A stretch of 64,000 nucleotides of DNA. It comes from Candidatus Gastranaerophilales bacterium (GTDB taxonomy: Bacteria > Cyanobacteriota > Vampirovibrionia > Gastranaerophilales > Gastranaerophilaceae). The DNA lies in the NCBI GenBank assembly GCA_944325525.1, contig CALVAK010000009.1, positions 23,574 through 87,573 on the forward strand. Reading direction: 5' to 3'. Shown here in pieces: positions 7,709-17,400 of this stretch (its first letter is position 1; every line of letters begins with the position of its first letter). A program made the translations under genes and the position numbers. The notes under the pieces were generated by a model that searched no databases, had not been told where the DNA came from, and saw only the letters and a list, made by a program, of their open reading frames with translations.

Positions 7709-8818
7709 GTGAAAAAAAATAAAGTTTTAACCATATTTGGAACAAGACCTGAAGCAATAAAAATGGCTCCATTAATAAAAGAAATTGAAAAGAGATCTGA
7801 TAAGCTTGAAAGTTTTGTTTGTGTTACAGCACAACATAGGCAGATGCTTGATCAGGTACTTAATCTTTTTGAAATTAAACCGGATTTTGACCTTGATATA
7901 ATGAAAAACAATCAAAATTTATGGTCTTTAACCAGTGATGTACTAATCAAAACCAAAGAAGTTATAGAAAAAACTAACCCTGATATTGTACTGGTTCATG
8001 GTGATACTACTACTTCAATGGCTGCAGCTTTATCAGCTTTTTATTCCAAAGTTCCTATAGGTCATGTTGAAGCGGGACTAAGAACATTTAATAAATACTA
8101 TCCTTTCCCTGAAGAAATAAACAGAGTATTTACAGATGCCGTTTCAACACTGCATTTTGCTCCGACAGAAAAAGCCTGCCAAAATCTCATCAATACACAA
8201 ATTCCGAAAGATCATATTTATAATACCGGAAATACGGTAATTGATGCCCTTTTGTACACCGTCAAAAATCACCCGGGAGAAATAAAAGGATTAAAATTAA
8301 ATACAGACTTAAAAACCATCCTTGTAACTTCGCACAGAAGGGAAAACTTTGGAGAACCTCTCAAAGAGATATGTTCTGCAATATTATCACTTGTTAATAA
8401 TAATAATGATATCCAAGTTGTATATCCGGTACATCCAAACCCGAACGTAAGAAAAACTGTTTATGAACTTTTATCCGGTAATGAAAGAATTCATTTAACC
8501 GAACCGTTAGAATATGCAGAATTTTGCTCTCTTATGAAAAAATCACATATAATTTTAACCGACTCAGGTGGAGTTCAAGAGGAAGCACCGTCACTAGGCA
8601 AGCCGGTTTTAGTTCTTCGTGACACAACAGAACGCCCTGAGGCTATTGAATACGGAACTGTGAAGCTTGCAGGAACAAACAAAGAAAAAATTCTTTCACT
8701 TGTACAAAACCTACTTGACAACAAGGAAGCCTATAAAAAGATGTCAGAAGCTATTAACCCATATGGTGACGGGTTAGCATCCAAACGTATTACAGATGTA
8801 CTGATAAATTTTAGTTAA
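7709..8818 (+). CDS. wecB: UDP-N-acetylglucosamine 2-epimerase (non-hydrolysing)
   Basis: N-terminus VLTIFGTRPEAIKMAPL, plus the HVEAGLRT and TDSGGVQEEAPSLGKPVLVLRDTTERPE motifs. GTG start. Confidence 0.9.
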   Translation: MKKNKVLTIFGTRPEAIKMAPLIKEIEKRSDKLESFVCVTAQHRQMLDQVLNLFEIKPDFDLDIMKNNQNLWSLTSDVLIKTKEVIEKTNPDIVLVHGDTTTSMAAALSAFYSKVPIGHVEAGLRTFNKYYPFPEEINRVFTDAVSTLHFAPTEKACQNLINTQIPKDHIYNTGNTVIDALLYTVKNHPGEIKGLKLNTDLKTILVTSHRRENFGEPLKEICSAILSLVNNNNDIQVVYPVHPNPNVRKTVYELLSGNERIHLTEPLEYAEFCSLMKKSHIILTDSGGVQEEAPSLGKPVLVLRDTTERPEAIEYGTVKLAGTNKEKILSLVQNLLDNKEAYKKMSEAINPYGDGLASKRITDVLINFS

Positions 8819-10068
8819 TTATTTATTTTTTCAAACATAAGAACAGCGTTATGACCGCCGAATCCGAACGAATTAGAAAGTGCTACATCAACATTTTTAA
8901 CTTTTGATTTATTTGGCACATAATCCAAATCCGCAACTTCCGGATCTTGGTTAACAAGGTTAATTGTAGGTGGAACAACACCATCTATAATTGTTTTAAT
9001 AGCAACTATTGCTTCAGAACTGCCTGCAGCACCAAGCATATGTCCAACCATAGATTTTGTAGAGCTGACTGAAAGTTTTTTATTAACATTTTTATCGCCA
9101 AAAACTCTTGCAACTGTTTTAGATTCTGCAAGATCACCCAAATGAGTACTTGTTCCGTGCATATTAATATAGTCTACATCTTCAGGATTTCTGCCTGCCT
9201 CTTTTAAACAATTTCTGATAGCAAGTTCTGCCCCTCTTCCTTCAGGATCAGGAGCAACCATATCATAAGCATCTGAACTTTGTCCGTAACCTGTTATTTC
9301 AGCATATATTCTAGCTCCACGGTTAATAGCATGTTCTCTTTCCTCTAAAATCAATACAGCACCACCTTCCGAAAGAACAAAACCATCTCTGTCTTTATCG
9401 TAAGGTCTTGATACTTCTTCAGGAGGTCTATTACTTTTTGAAAGAGTTCTTGCACTTGTAAAAGCACCAATTCCAAAGTCACAAACACTGGATTCAGCAC
9501 CACCTGCAAACATAACATCAGCATCACCACACTGAATTGTTCTGTAGCAGTCTCCAACAGAGTGAGCACCAGTTGCACATGCTGAAAGAACAGCTTTGCT
9601 GGGACCTCTAAGTCCATATTTAATTGTTATTTTACCGGATGCCATATTAGCTATCATCATTGGAACCGTAAAAGGAGAGCATTTATGAAATCCTCTATCC
9701 ATCATATCTCTATAACCTGTTGTAACAACAACAAGACCGCCAGCAGCTGTTGAAACAATAGCACCAATTCTTGTTAAATCTTCAATTTCCAAATTCAAAC
9801 CTGAATCTTTGAAAGCATCTTCCGCTGCAATTAGAGCATATATTATACTTTTATCAAGCCTTTTTGCCTCTTTTGGGTCAATATATGATTCAATGTCAAT
9901 ATCAACAGGCACCTGACCTGCAATCTTAACTAAGTGTTTCTCTTTTGCAAGGTTATGTTCTTTTATTCCGCTTATTCCGTTTTTTAAATTATTCCAGAAT
10001 TTTTCTACCCCTATTCCATATGGCGATACACAACCCATACCTGTAACAACTACTCGTCTTTTTGACAT
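8815..10068 (-). CDS. fabF: 3-oxoacyl-ACP synthase II
   Basis: RRVVVTGMG N-terminus, active-site context SACATGAHS, HGTSTHLGD, SFGFGGHNA. The ATG at 10068 follows a GGAGGG RBS. Confidence 0.9.
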   Translation of the reverse strand: MSKRRVVVTGMGCVSPYGIGVEKFWNNLKNGISGIKEHNLAKEKHLVKIAGQVPVDIDIESYIDPKEAKRLDKSIIYALIAAEDAFKDSGLNLEIEDLTRIGAIVSTAAGGLVVVTTGYRDMMDRGFHKCSPFTVPMMIANMASGKITIKYGLRGPSKAVLSACATGAHSVGDCYRTIQCGDADVMFAGGAESSVCDFGIGAFTSARTLSKSNRPPEEVSRPYDKDRDGFVLSEGGAVLILEEREHAINRGARIYAEITGYGQSSDAYDMVAPDPEGRGAELAIRNCLKEAGRNPEDVDYINMHGTSTHLGDLAESKTVARVFGDKNVNKKLSVSSTKSMVGHMLGAAGSSEAIVAIKTIIDGVVPPTINLVNQDPEVADLDYVPNKSKVKNVDVALSNSFGFGGHNAVLMFEKINN

Positions 10069-10332
10069 TTCGCCCTCCAAACAGCAAAATTATTAATTAT
10101 ATAATTATTTTTCTAAATATGATATTACCTTGAAAAAACTCTAAAATCAACAATCAAGTTTTAATATGGTTTTGCCGAAAATTCACAATAATTATAATAA
10201 ATAAGGAATATTGACCCGGTTAATTCCTAACAGCAGATTGAGTTTTTTCATTGGCTTGTACAAAATCAGACCTTTTCACAAATGAAAGATTTTATAAAAA
10301 ACAGTCAATTCAAAACAGTAAATATTTTATTA

Positions 10333-11739
10333 TTATTTTTTTTCATTAATCAAATTAGTTATAACGGCAGCTATAACAAGTGTAATTGCACCTGTAAAGA
10401 AGCCATATTCCCAATGATAATTAATGCCTGCCGGAACATCATAACTACATTGGCTAATAAACCATGCCAGCAGAGTACAAACAAGAACCTGCGGCCCCGC
10501 AATAAAGATATTAAAGATACCCATAACAGAACCTTCGGAACCTTTATGGATAAATTCAGACAACATTGCAAAAGGAAGTGCAAGAACACTTGCCCATCCG
10601 ATTCCTGATATTGCCATACAGACTAATACAAAACCAGGTGTTTTATTTAATCCCATTCCTACAAAAGTAAGTGCAAGTGTAATTAATGCAATAAAATGTA
10701 CTTTTCTATTACCAAACTTTGTCGATAATAATCCTATAGGAATTGAAACAAGAAAACAAATTAAATTTTGTATTGCAAAGCATATTGATGAAAAATTAGT
10801 AGCTTTATTCAACAAAGGCAAATATGCATTCTTTGCTTCTTCAGTCAAATTAGACAAATCAGGAATCCCATAAACTGTATGTATTGAATACTGTGTAAAG
10901 AATATATTTAAACTCATTATTCCAATCCAAGTGAACAGTTGGAGAGTGCATATTTTCCCAACCTCGGGTGATGATTGGAAGAAATCAATAACTTTTTGTA
11001 TAAAAGACGGTTCGTTAATAATTGTTTCATCAAGTTTTAAATCTGTTTTTATTTCATTCTTTTTATACTTATGTTCTCTGATAGTAATACAAGTCCACAA
11101 CATAGCAAGAGAAAAAGCGAGAGCCGCCATAACAAATTGAGCATTAATACTCATTTGATAATTAAATACATACTTTAAGAAAGGAGCAGTTCCTGCAGCA
11201 ACAACAGAGCCTAGTCCTATAGCAAAACTCAAATAAGCATTAGCCAAAGAATGTTGTTTGGCAGGTACAAGGTCAGGTACCAATGCTCTATATGGACCTT
11301 GAGCAGCATTAACACAAGCATCGATAATCCATATCATTATTGCAGCAATAATTAAACCGCCAAATAAAGGTTCTGGGATATGGAGGAATGCAGCTATTTT
11401 TTCAGAAATTAATGCCGAATTAGGAAAAGCCCATAAAGCAAGACTTGCAAATATTGCACCTGCAAGCAGATAAGGTCGTCTTTTCCCAAAGATTGTATGA
11501 GTATTATCACTTAACGTACCAATTATCGGCTGAACAACCATTCCGGTAACAGGGCCTGCCAGCCATATCAAACCAAAAATTAACGGCGAAGCACCCAACG
11601 TCTCAGTAACCGGACCTGATAATATTATTCTCATTTGCCATGCAAATTGCAAACCGAAAAAACCAAGACAAAAGTTTAATAATTGAATTGTTGTAAACGG
11701 TTTTAGTTGATTTTCTTGTGCATTTGTCTCACTGCTCAT
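10333..11739 (-). CDS. MFS transporter, GPH / sucrose-H+ symporter-like (SLC45-like)
   Basis: About 12 hydrophobic segments. The GKRRPYLLAGA motif after TM2 is typical of the glycoside-pentoside-hexuronide and sucrose transporter families. Confidence 0.7.
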   Translation of the reverse strand: MSSETNAQENQLKPFTTIQLLNFCLGFFGLQFAWQMRIILSGPVTETLGASPLIFGLIWLAGPVTGMVVQPIIGTLSDNTHTIFGKRRPYLLAGAIFASLALWAFPNSALISEKIAAFLHIPEPLFGGLIIAAIMIWIIDACVNAAQGPYRALVPDLVPAKQHSLANAYLSFAIGLGSVVAAGTAPFLKYVFNYQMSINAQFVMAALAFSLAMLWTCITIREHKYKKNEIKTDLKLDETIINEPSFIQKVIDFFQSSPEVGKICTLQLFTWIGIMSLNIFFTQYSIHTVYGIPDLSNLTEEAKNAYLPLLNKATNFSSICFAIQNLICFLVSIPIGLLSTKFGNRKVHFIALITLALTFVGMGLNKTPGFVLVCMAISGIGWASVLALPFAMLSEFIHKGSEGSVMGIFNIFIAGPQVLVCTLLAWFISQCSYDVPAGINYHWEYGFFTGAITLVIAAVITNLINEKK

Positions 11740-12742
11740 TTTGTTCCTCTTTATCTATATTAAATCTGTTTATTAATTCCGGCAGTATTGTAAATAAATC
11801 TCCGACTATTCCCACATCTGCATATTTAAATATAGGAGCATTTTTATCTTTATTTACAGCTATAATTTTACCGCTATTTTTGATTCCTGTTAAGTGCTGG
11901 TCTGCACCTGATATACCTATAGCAATATACACCTTTGGTGCAACTATCTTACCGGTTTGCCCGACTTGTTGCGATTTTGTTATATATCCTTTTTCAAAAG
12001 CAATTCTTGATCCTGCAATTGAAGCATTTAATTTTTGTGCAAGTTCATATATAAGGGCAAATCCGTTTTCTTTGCAAGCCCCGTTGCCGCCAGCAACTAT
12101 TATTTCGGACTTCGTTATATCATTAAATGAAAAATTATTTTTAGATTTATTAATAATTTCAATTTTATTTTCTATTGTATCCAGATTTTCCCATTCAAAA
12201 ATAACATTTATATTACCATCATATATTTTTTCAGCTTTAAACACATTTTGCTGTACTGTAGCCATTTGCGGAAAAGTTTTGCAAAGAATATTTGCAGTTA
12301 ATTTACCACCAAACGTCGGTCTTGTAGAAAGTAAAAGATTATTTTCTCCTATATCAAGATCTGTACAATCTGCTGTCAATCCTGTTTCAAGTTTTGTTGA
12401 GGTATACGCAGCTATTTCTTTTCCTTCTTTTGTTGCTCCTATTAATATTATTCTTGGCGGATATTTTTTAGCAATTCGCACAAAAATTTCGGAATAATAT
12501 GTTTTATTATATTCTTTCAGTCTGTCATCATTAACAATTACAACTTCATCACAGCCATATAATGAAAGATTATTAATTATTTCTTCATAATTCATCCTCG
12601 GGCCTATGACACAGGTCATAATTCTTTGATTCCAAATTTTTTCTTTCAATTTACGTGCTTTTGAAAGTAACTCTTCAGTAACTGAGGTTACATTATATTT
12701 TTCATCCAATTGTGCAAATATAAGTATTCCGTTAGGTTCCAT
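11729..12742 (-). CDS. etfA: electron transfer flavoprotein subunit alpha
   Basis: The C-terminal FAD-binding region SRIAFEKGYITKSQQVGQTGKIVAPKVYIAIGISGADQHLTG is typical of EtfA. The start overlaps the etfB stop. Confidence 0.85.
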   Translation of the reverse strand: MEPNGILIFAQLDEKYNVTSVTEELLSKARKLKEKIWNQRIMTCVIGPRMNYEEIINNLSLYGCDEVVIVNDDRLKEYNKTYYSEIFVRIAKKYPPRIILIGATKEGKEIAAYTSTKLETGLTADCTDLDIGENNLLLSTRPTFGGKLTANILCKTFPQMATVQQNVFKAEKIYDGNINVIFEWENLDTIENKIEIINKSKNNFSFNDITKSEIIVAGGNGACKENGFALIYELAQKLNASIAGSRIAFEKGYITKSQQVGQTGKIVAPKVYIAIGISGADQHLTGIKNSGKIIAVNKDKNAPIFKYADVGIVGDLFTILPELINRFNIDKEEQNEQ

Positions 12743-13517
12743 ATACTACTTTCTTTATTTCATCGTAAATTTCATTCAAATTATCTTGATTATAAACAAT
12801 TATTTTACCATTTCGTGTATCTTCACATCTATAAACACTTGAAACATATGTCGGAGAACCTTTTAAACCTGCATCGTCTTCAAGTATATTTATATCATAC
12901 ATATTATAGACTTTATAATCATATTTTTGAGATTTTATATATCCTGCAATTTTGGGAATTCTTGGCGGAAAAATAAAGTTATTTATGCAAATGAGAGCAG
13001 GTAACAACACCTTATAAACAGTTTGTACTCTCTCATATTGAGAACTTACTATTATATATTCATCGGTAATCTCAAGAATTTCGTTTACATTATCTAAACA
13101 TGGAACATTTAACCTTGCACCACAGCAGGGACCAGTTTGTCCTGTTTCGCCATCAGAAGCACTTTGTCCGCATATAATTAACCGCACATCAGGAAACAAT
13201 GTTTCAATTGCTTTTGTTAATATTTTAGAAGTTGCAAGTGTGTCAGAACCGGCAAATTTTGAATCACAAAGCAAAAAAGCATCATCAACCCCCATGGCAA
13301 TTGACTCTTTTAAAATATCAAGTGCTTTTTTAGGTCCCATTGTAAGTGTCACTACATTTGCATTATTAAGCTCTTTTATTCTCAAAGCAGCTTCAATAGC
13401 CTGCTTATCGACAGGATTCATAATACTTTCCATATTTGTTCTGTCAATGTTATTATTTTGAGTCCAAACAACATCGTCAGTATCGGGAACTTGTTTTATT
13501 AACACGGCAATATTCAA
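12732..13517 (-). CDS. etfB: electron transfer flavoprotein subunit beta
   Basis: NIAVLIKQVPDT N-terminus and the LIICGQSASDGETGQTG motif. The likely start is the TTG at 13517, which follows an AAGGGG RBS. The listed ORF extends to 13574. Confidence 0.8.
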   Translation of the reverse strand: MNIAVLIKQVPDTDDVVWTQNNNIDRTNMESIMNPVDKQAIEAALRIKELNNANVVTLTMGPKKALDILKESIAMGVDDAFLLCDSKFAGSDTLATSKILTKAIETLFPDVRLIICGQSASDGETGQTGPCCGARLNVPCLDNVNEILEITDEYIIVSSQYERVQTVYKVLLPALICINNFIFPPRIPKIAGYIKSQKYDYKVYNMYDINILEDDAGLKGSPTYVSSVYRCEDTRNGKIIVYNQDNLNEIYDEIKKVVYGT

Positions 13518-13693
13518 ATTATAACCCCTTATTACATAATCGTGAAAGTTGTTTATAAAAACTGAAAACAACATACCTCACACCATATATTTTGCTATAA
13601 AAACAACAATAGTGCAAACTTTTTTACTATCTTAAAATACAAAACACAAAAATAAAGCCAATAAAACTTTTAATAAACTAAACCTCAACATCC

Positions 13694-13860
13694 AAAGAAA
13701 GCAGTGGTGTAAGAACAGCTATATATGTAGTTTCGTTATTTTGTTTATTGAAACATTGTCATAGCTTTGTCTATTTGAGGCGTTAGTCGGGCTGTAAAGC
13801 TTCCGGTTGAAATTAATAAAATAGAAACGGAATATCCAGGCTGCGATTACATTACTACTT
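13694..13860 (+). ncRNA. structured RNA candidate, copy A (unclassified; rod-like fold)
   Basis: About 90% identical to 20135-20304. Substitutions between the copies preserve four helices and use G-U pairs that exist only on the + strand (see findings). Confidence 0.6.
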
Positions 13861-13917
13861 AATAAATTAATTATGTGTTTAAAATAAGTCAACCTATTAT
13901 GCATATATTATAAATAA

Positions 13918-13950
13918 GAACCCCCTCAATTAAGCGGGGGTTTCTTATTT
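13918..13950. terminator. terminator hairpin downstream of skp
   Basis: Stem AACCCCC / GGGGGTT with loop TCAATTAAGC, flanked by T-rich sequence on both strands. Confidence 0.65.
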
Positions 13951-13965
13951 GTGAATGGGATTTTG

Positions 13966-14430
13966 TTATTTTACTTTTTTAGATATAGCAGCTGTAATAT
14001 CGTCACCGCCATAGAGAACTGCACCCTTTGCAAGAACAAGATTATAACCGCCTTCTCTTGCTTCTCTGGCAATTGTAGCACTAATACTCTTATCAATTGC
14101 TTTTAATTTTGCAGCATAATTATTTCTTATAGCTTCCTGCTTTTTAGCAAACTGGGCGTCATATTGTTTAATTAATTTTTCTTTGCCTGCTTTTGTAGAT
14201 TGCTTATTCACATCTGCTCGTACAGTTTGAAGCCATTTTTGAAGTTCTTCAATTTTTTGTGCATTTTCAGTTCTCAATGCTTTTACCTGGGGAGATTTAG
14301 AAACAACATCATTGACATCAACCACTGCAAATTTAAAATTTGAAGGAATTGCCGACATAGCGAAATTGTTAATACTCAAACCTGTTATAAAAGCCAGAAG
14401 CATAGATATAATTATTAATTTGTTTTTCAC
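13966..14430 (-). CDS. skp: OmpH/Skp family periplasmic chaperone
   Basis: Signal peptide, FAVVDVNDVVSKSPQ start of the mature region, and a Lys/Gln-rich coiled body. Size 154 aa. It is adjacent to an outer-membrane autotransporter. Confidence 0.75.
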   Translation of the reverse strand: MKNKLIIISMLLAFITGLSINNFAMSAIPSNFKFAVVDVNDVVSKSPQVKALRTENAQKIEELQKWLQTVRADVNKQSTKAGKEKLIKQYDAQFAKKQEAIRNNYAAKLKAIDKSISATIAREAREGGYNLVLAKGAVLYGGDDITAAISKKVK

Positions 14431-14440
14431 TATATTTCTC

Positions 14441-17400
14441 CTATTTTATATTGTTTAAAGATATCTTAGTTGCTTCTTTTTGAGGGAACTTAGCCTGAGC
14501 TTTCTGAGTTTTTGGCTCTTCATTTTTACCTAATACCCATCTGAAGCCAGCCTGTAATCCTACACCTTTTCTACCACCTTGAGTAAAGAAAGCCTGTAAG
14601 AAGCCTGTAAATCTTTCACCCCAAGCTTTTCTTAAACCTACCCCATATTTTACAAACGGATCTACAGAAAGGTTTGGAAGTGATACGTCATTAGCCTTGA
14701 ATTGTGTTCTGTCCATTATATTCCATACAACACTGACTCCAGCATAAGGCTGCCAACCGTTTTGAAGATTACCAATAAACTTCAATCCCGGTTCTAAGTG
14801 TATAGCATGCAGTGGGTCTGAATCTATTCTCGTTCCTGCACTATTTGTAAAGTCAAATGTATTTATGAATGAATAAGACATTAACATACTAGGCTGAATT
14901 ATAAATTTACCATCAGCTAATTCATAGTTATAACCTGTCTTAGAAGCGATACCTGACATTAACATTGTGAAATCGTCAGTACCAAACATCGTATTAGCAT
15001 CACCGACACTTGCACCTACGTTTGCGGTTAAACCTGTAAAGAAGTTATCTTTATATGCCATACCAACAACACCCAGAGTACCGCCGTTCTGCCATATACC
15101 TACACCGTCATAAGCCTGATGTGAACCGTTGTAGCCGGCATATACACTTAACATACCGTCCCATCCGTGACCTAAGTCATACAGCTCTGAATCAGTTCCT
15201 ATGAATGTACCGTATGCTACATTTGATACATCCGGTCCGTTCTTTAACGGCACACTTTCGAATGTTGCGTATGGTCTGAACCATCCGGCTCTATTCTCAT
15301 ACTGAGACACTGTAGGATCATATACTAATGCACTATCATCGCCTGCTGCATATTTATTTCTTAACTTCATTGCCTGTCTTTGTTCTTTTGTCATTAGCAT
15401 ATACATATCCATGTTTCTGAAGGCATTGTCATAAGAATTTAACTGAACCAGATATCCGCCTAACTGTGCTGCAACAGGAGCTGCAAATACGTCGGGATTA
15501 TATGAGCTGTATCCGCTGCCGCCACCAACTCTTGTAAAGTTAAACATACCGTTCATCGGATCATATGCTGCACTATATTTGAATATAGGTGAATATGTTA
15601 TATCTCCGCCTGTATATTGTATTGCACCGGCAAGAGCAGTTCTTACTGCTTCATCCATTCCGCTTCCTATTGGCGATATGCTGAAGGATGTTGCCTTTGT
15701 AGGCTCCGTTATTAAAATGTCTGCTATATTTATGCTGTTACCGTTGGCATTGAAGCTGTTTGCAGTAATTGTATCAATCTGATTTTGTGCAAAGTTACCG
15801 TCAAGCATTAAATCAAGGTCTTGATTTAATGTAAGATTTCCAAGATTAGTATTTTGTATTGCACCGTTTTGCAGACTCAAAGTTCCGCCATTAGCCACAA
15901 ATGAATTTGCATTTGCTATATCTGCATTTTGAGTTAAGCTCAATATGCCTGCGTCGAGTTTAATATTGTTTCCCGTTACTGAAGTATCAATAACAGAAGA
16001 TTCTTCTATGTTTAAGTTTCCACTTCCTGTTACAGATTGAGAAACTGTTCCACCTAATACATTATAATCGCCTGTATTATTAACAGTACCTTTAATATTG
16101 TCGGCAGATGATGATAATGTACCGGCATTATCAATTACTGCTACAACATCCGCATGTGTAACCAATCCTGCACCAGAAGCAATAACAACTTTACCTTGCT
16201 CAACAGCTGCATTATTTTCAACATATCCTGATATATTGGTTGTACCTGTTCCTGTAACAGCATTTCCGATAACTCCTCCTGAAAGGTTCATTGTCCCATC
16301 ACTGTTTACAGTATTTTTAAAATCAGTAGCAAATGCATTTATAACAGCACCGGATTCTACATTTAATTTGTTTTCAACAGCATTAACGAAAGTTGTTTCA
16401 CCGTCTAAAATATTAGTTGTACCGTCAGTACCAGTAATTCCTGCTGCAATCTTGTTTGTTCCGGATAAATTCAATGTACTACTATTTGCAACGTCGACAT
16501 CGTTACCGCTGAAATTAATATCTTTAAGATTTAATTCGCCGTTATTTGTAAATGCAGTACCAAAGTTATTTACAGAGCCTGAACCTCCGTCTACTGTTAA
16601 TTTATCACCGGCAGCAACTGTTATACCGTCTTTCTTATCTGTAAGACCATTATTTATGTTGTTACCGTTCATATTAACAGATAAATTTGTTTGTGTACCT
16701 GAAGTTGTACCAATTGACTCGCCTTCAAATAAGTTTTCATCTTTTGTTAATGAATAATTATTTGCTGTTTTTTGACCGGTAATATATTCAGATAAAGAGT
16801 TTGTTGTTTTATCTATTTTGACAGTCAAATTGCCGTCTGTACCTGCAGCAAATTCATATCTGTTATCTGAAGTCAGCGTAACAGTGCTGTCATCTTTTAC
16901 CGAATAGTTAATACCTGATGTTGTACCTGATATTACAGCAAGGTTTTCTTGATAATTAGCATCTGAATATTCTTGTGTAACATTAACTTTGTCAATAGTT
17001 ATATTGGCATTGTTTGATGTTCCATCTGTAATATTAAGTTTATCAGCACTTAGATTAGACATATCCGCATCAATTTTAATAGTACCGTCACCAACGATAT
17101 GACCAACATCGTGAGAGGTAATCGTGTGCGGATCTGTACCAGAATTGTTTTGGATATCCAGTACTCCACTATTTAAATCAAGCACACCGGCTACTTTAGC
17201 ACCATCTTCAAATATGAGAGTTCCGTCTATTTTTGTAGTACCTGTACCTAAAATTTCTTTGTCTAAAGCACCTGAAAGAGCAGAATTACCCAGGTTTGTA
17301 ACTGTTCCTGTAAGCTTTTCAGCTTCTGATATTAAATTTCCTCCCTGTTGAATGTTTATTGCAGCAGATATTACATTTTCATTCGTTACCTGTCCGGCAA

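Noticed and set aside
10282-12497. The + strand ORFs 10282..10608, 10931..11140 and 11718..12497 could be genes.
   Set aside because: They are antisense to the MFS transporter and etfA genes, which have clear family motifs. They have no motifs or RBS of their own.
13719-13904. A 61-aa ORF on the minus strand lies inside repeat copy A.
   Set aside because: The homologous copy B has no corresponding ORF. Substitutions between the copies follow RNA pairing rather than codon structure.
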